From a virus (lineage: Duplodnaviria; Heunggongvirae; Uroviricota; Caudoviricetes): a stretch of 11,008 bases of DNA. The notes beneath the pieces were generated by a model. The model was not told the DNA's origin. It searched no databases and worked only from the letters and a program-made list of their open reading frames with translations. How positions within the stretch are numbered: position 1 is the first letter of the stretch; each line of letters opens with the position of its first letter. Where the stretch lies: IMG/VR virus record IMGVR_UViG_3300029577_000076, positions 1 through 11,008 of that record. One strand, 5' to 3'. Shown piece after piece: positions 8,638 through 11,008 of the stretch. A program made the position numbers and the translations under genes.

Positions 8638-10634
8638 TGGCTAAAGCATGGAAAGATGTTATCGCCTCTCCACAGTATCAGGCGTTAGCACCAGAACAAA
8701 AAGCGCAGGCTCAGGAGCAATACTTCAATGAAGTCGTGGCCCCGCAAGCCGGAGAAAATGCAGAGCAGGCTAAGCAAGCTTTCTATGCTGCCTATCCATT
8801 GCCATCTGTGCAGAAAGTGGAGACACAGCAACCAGTAGCACAGCAACAACCACAGCAAAGTGGATTTATGTCTGATCTTGGCGAAGCAGTAAAAGAGACT
8901 GGTCGCGGACTGGTGCAGGCTGGCGTGAACGTGGCAAACATACCTGCATCAGTTGCCGATGCTGTAACAAGCGCGGCGGCTTGGGCTGGCGGTAAACTCG
9001 GAATTGGCGATGGGACATATCAACCAGCGCCACGAGTAACAACGCAGGGATTAGAGCAGGACTTTGGCCTTCAGCAAGGCGCGCTGACTCCACAAACGAC
9101 AGAGGGAAGGGTATTTGCTGAAGCATTGCCTTACCTCACTCCTGCTGGCGTTGAGAGAGCGGCAACACAGGCACCAACACTCGCTGGTAGAATCGCTCAG
9201 GGTGCAACTCGCCTTCTCGCTGAAAACGCAGTCGGGTCACTTGCTGCAAATAGTGCGAAAGATGATGCGGAAGCACTCGCTACCGATTTAGGCATTGGCG
9301 TTCTGGCTGGCGGCGCTATTAACGCTGCCGGACGTGGATTAGGCGCTGCTTATCGTGGCGTTCGTGGTGCTATTGCACCAGAAGCGCAGCAAGCTATCAG
9401 ATTTGCAGAGCGTGAAGGAGTGCCTCTGCACACCACAGACCTGTTACAACCAACTTCCCGCGTCGGAAAAATGGCGCAGACTACAGCAGAAAATATCCCT
9501 CTGGCTGGCACAAGCGGAATGAGAGCAACGCAACAGGAAGCGAGAAGCCAGTTGGTGCAGAGATTTGCTGATAAATTCGGTGAGTATGATCCAGCGGTTG
9601 TTATTGACAGCCTTAAAGCGAAAACATCAGGAATTCGTCGTGCTGCTGGGAACCGTCTTGAGCAGGTACAGAATGCAATGGCAGGAATCAACATTCAACC
9701 TGCCAGAGCAATTCAGCAGATAGATACTGAGATATCTAACCTGCAGAAGCTTGGTAAGGTCGCTGATAACGAGACGATTTCAAAACTTCAATCCTATCGT
9801 GATGAGCTTATTCGCAATGCTGGTCCTGATGGTCCGGTAAATCTGGATTTGAAGCAATTAAGCGATCTACGCAGCCAGTTCAGAATGGACGTGAAGGGTG
9901 AGAGACCAGTGCTACCAAACCGTTCCGATGCCGCCATTCAGCGCGTTTACAAGGCAATGACCGACGATATCAATGGTGCCATTGGTCAGAATCTTGGCAA
10001 CGATACTCTCCGTAAATATCAGCAGGCCAATGCCGTCTACGCTGACGAAGCGGCGAAACTAAAGAATACCAGGCTGAAGAATGTTCTCATGAAAGGCGAC
10101 CTGACGCCGGAAGTTGTCAATAACATGCTATTCAGCAAGAACAAATCTGAAATTAAGACGCTGTATAACTCAGTTGGTCGTGTTGGCAGGGCGCAAATGC
10201 GCAATGGCATCATTGGAAAGGCGATGGAGAAATCAGGTGGTTCCCCTGATCAGTTCCTTCGACAGCTTAACATCCTGCAAAACCAGACTGGCATCACATT
10301 TAAGGGGCAGGACGCTGCTTATCTGAAAGGATTGAAAAACTATCTGCAATCCACGCAGCAGGCTGCAAAAGCGGCAGTAACAACACCAACAGGGCAGCAA
10401 ACCATCCCGTTCATTATCGGGTATGGGACGGCAATGAACCCGGCGACAACTGGCGCAGCGGTAAGCTACGGACTTCTTACTCGCGCCTACGAGAGCGAGC
10501 CATTCAGAAATGCAATGCTCCGAATGGCAAACACACCACGCGGATCAACAGCGTTTGAGAAAGCCATGCAGCAGGCGCAAAAGGCCATTAACGCCCTGAC
10601 TCAGGGTGCCAAGTCTGATGCGTTGTCAGAATAG
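8637..10634 (+). CDS. Ejection (DNA transfer) protein, P22 gene 16-like
   Basis: A 665-aa ORF that is the last gene of the plus-strand block, translationally coupled to the preceding gene. It is Ala/Gly/Gln-rich with long predicted helical segments. Assignment is by synteny and size class (P22 gp16 is about 609 aa); no direct sequence recollection. Confidence 0.72.
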   Translation: MAKAWKDVIASPQYQALAPEQKAQAQEQYFNEVVAPQAGENAEQAKQAFYAAYPLPSVQKVETQQPVAQQQPQQSGFMSDLGEAVKETGRGLVQAGVNVANIPASVADAVTSAAAWAGGKLGIGDGTYQPAPRVTTQGLEQDFGLQQGALTPQTTEGRVFAEALPYLTPAGVERAATQAPTLAGRIAQGATRLLAENAVGSLAANSAKDDAEALATDLGIGVLAGGAINAAGRGLGAAYRGVRGAIAPEAQQAIRFAEREGVPLHTTDLLQPTSRVGKMAQTTAENIPLAGTSGMRATQQEARSQLVQRFADKFGEYDPAVVIDSLKAKTSGIRRAAGNRLEQVQNAMAGINIQPARAIQQIDTEISNLQKLGKVADNETISKLQSYRDELIRNAGPDGPVNLDLKQLSDLRSQFRMDVKGERPVLPNRSDAAIQRVYKAMTDDINGAIGQNLGNDTLRKYQQANAVYADEAAKLKNTRLKNVLMKGDLTPEVVNNMLFSKNKSEIKTLYNSVGRVGRAQMRNGIIGKAMEKSGGSPDQFLRQLNILQNQTGITFKGQDAAYLKGLKNYLQSTQQAAKAAVTTPTGQQTIPFIIGYGTAMNPATTGAAVSYGLLTRAYESEPFRNAMLRMANTPRGSTAFEKAMQQAQKAINALTQGAKSDALSE

Positions 10635-10723
10635 CTTCGCAAACACCAGGAACGTGCAAAAACCAAATATGTAGAACGCAATATTCATCATATCTCTTTG
10701 CATAAATCCTCCGTAATGGATGG

Positions 10724-10984
10724 TTAGTTGCTGTCTTTTTTATATAGCTCCTTGAGCGTATCAAAGACAATTTTCTTAACCATATCAGATTGTTGTTCTG
10801 CCATATGCTCTGCATCGTCAATGTAAACTGATGCAGAGCTTTGTTTATCCAATGATTCTTCAATCGCTGCAATTATCTCTGAGTTCAGCGACCTGTTATT
10901 CATCTTCGCACGCTGCTTAATTTTCGCGTGAAGTTCATGCGGAAGTCTCAAGTGAAACTGCGCCTCGTCGTATTTGCTGTACAT
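10724..10984 (-). CDS. mnt: Mnt-like ribbon-helix-helix repressor (immI region)
   Basis: An 86-aa minus-strand ORF. Its C-terminal half DDAEHMAEQQSDMVKKIVFDTLKELYKK closely matches recalled P22 Mnt (NDAERLADEQSELVKKMVFDTLKDLYKK). The N-terminus has the Arc/Mnt motif QFHLRLPHEL...NNRSLNSEI (P22 Mnt HFNFRMPMEV...NGRSMNSEL). GAGG lies about 8 nt upstream of the ATG. The reading frame stays open to the window end, so a longer N-terminus cannot be excluded. Confidence 0.85.
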   Translation of the reverse strand: MYSKYDEAQFHLRLPHELHAKIKQRAKMNNRSLNSEIIAAIEESLDKQSSASVYIDDAEHMAEQQSDMVKKIVFDTLKELYKKDSN

Positions 10985-11008
10985 CCTTGATGCCTCACCA
11001 GTTGGGTG

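Noticed and set aside
10635-10723. A bidirectional terminator between the convergent gene 16 and mnt
   Set aside because: I could not find a GC-rich stem followed by a T-run on either strand. Termination here may be Rho-dependent or lie within the coding ends.
10588-10872. A 94-aa minus-strand ORF overlapping the gene-16 end and mnt
   Set aside because: It is out of frame with mnt, which has strong homology support, and it has no RBS.
1-11008. Defence, toxin-antitoxin or other cargo system embedded in the late operon
   Set aside because: Every plus-strand gene is accounted for by a syntenic P22-type virion gene with tight or overlapping junctions. No unexplained ORF of plausible size remains apart from the 62-aa ORF after the coat gene.

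Overview
This window reads as the late (virion assembly) operon of a P22-like short-tailed phage or prophage from an enterobacterial host, and I could not find a convincing novel biological system in it. Eleven co-directional plus-strand genes are packed with short or overlapping junctions, in the same order as P22 genes 1-8-5-(small ORF)-4-10-26-14-7-20-16: portal (3' part, gene runs off the window start), scaffolding protein, coat protein, a small ORF, two head-completion proteins, tail needle, gene-14-like protein and three ejection proteins. A convergent minus-strand gene at the right edge encodes an Mnt-type ribbon-helix-helix repressor, marking the start of an immI-like region. All homology calls rest on recalled P22 protein sequences and gene order, not on a database search. 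The points most worth follow-up are the Mnt homologue, whose predicted DNA-reading residues differ from P22 Mnt, the missing sieA/hkcC genes between gene 16 and mnt, a 10-N assembly gap inside the gene-20 homologue, and an intrinsic terminator right after the coat gene. No tRNA, CRISPR array, integrase, transposase or att site is visible.
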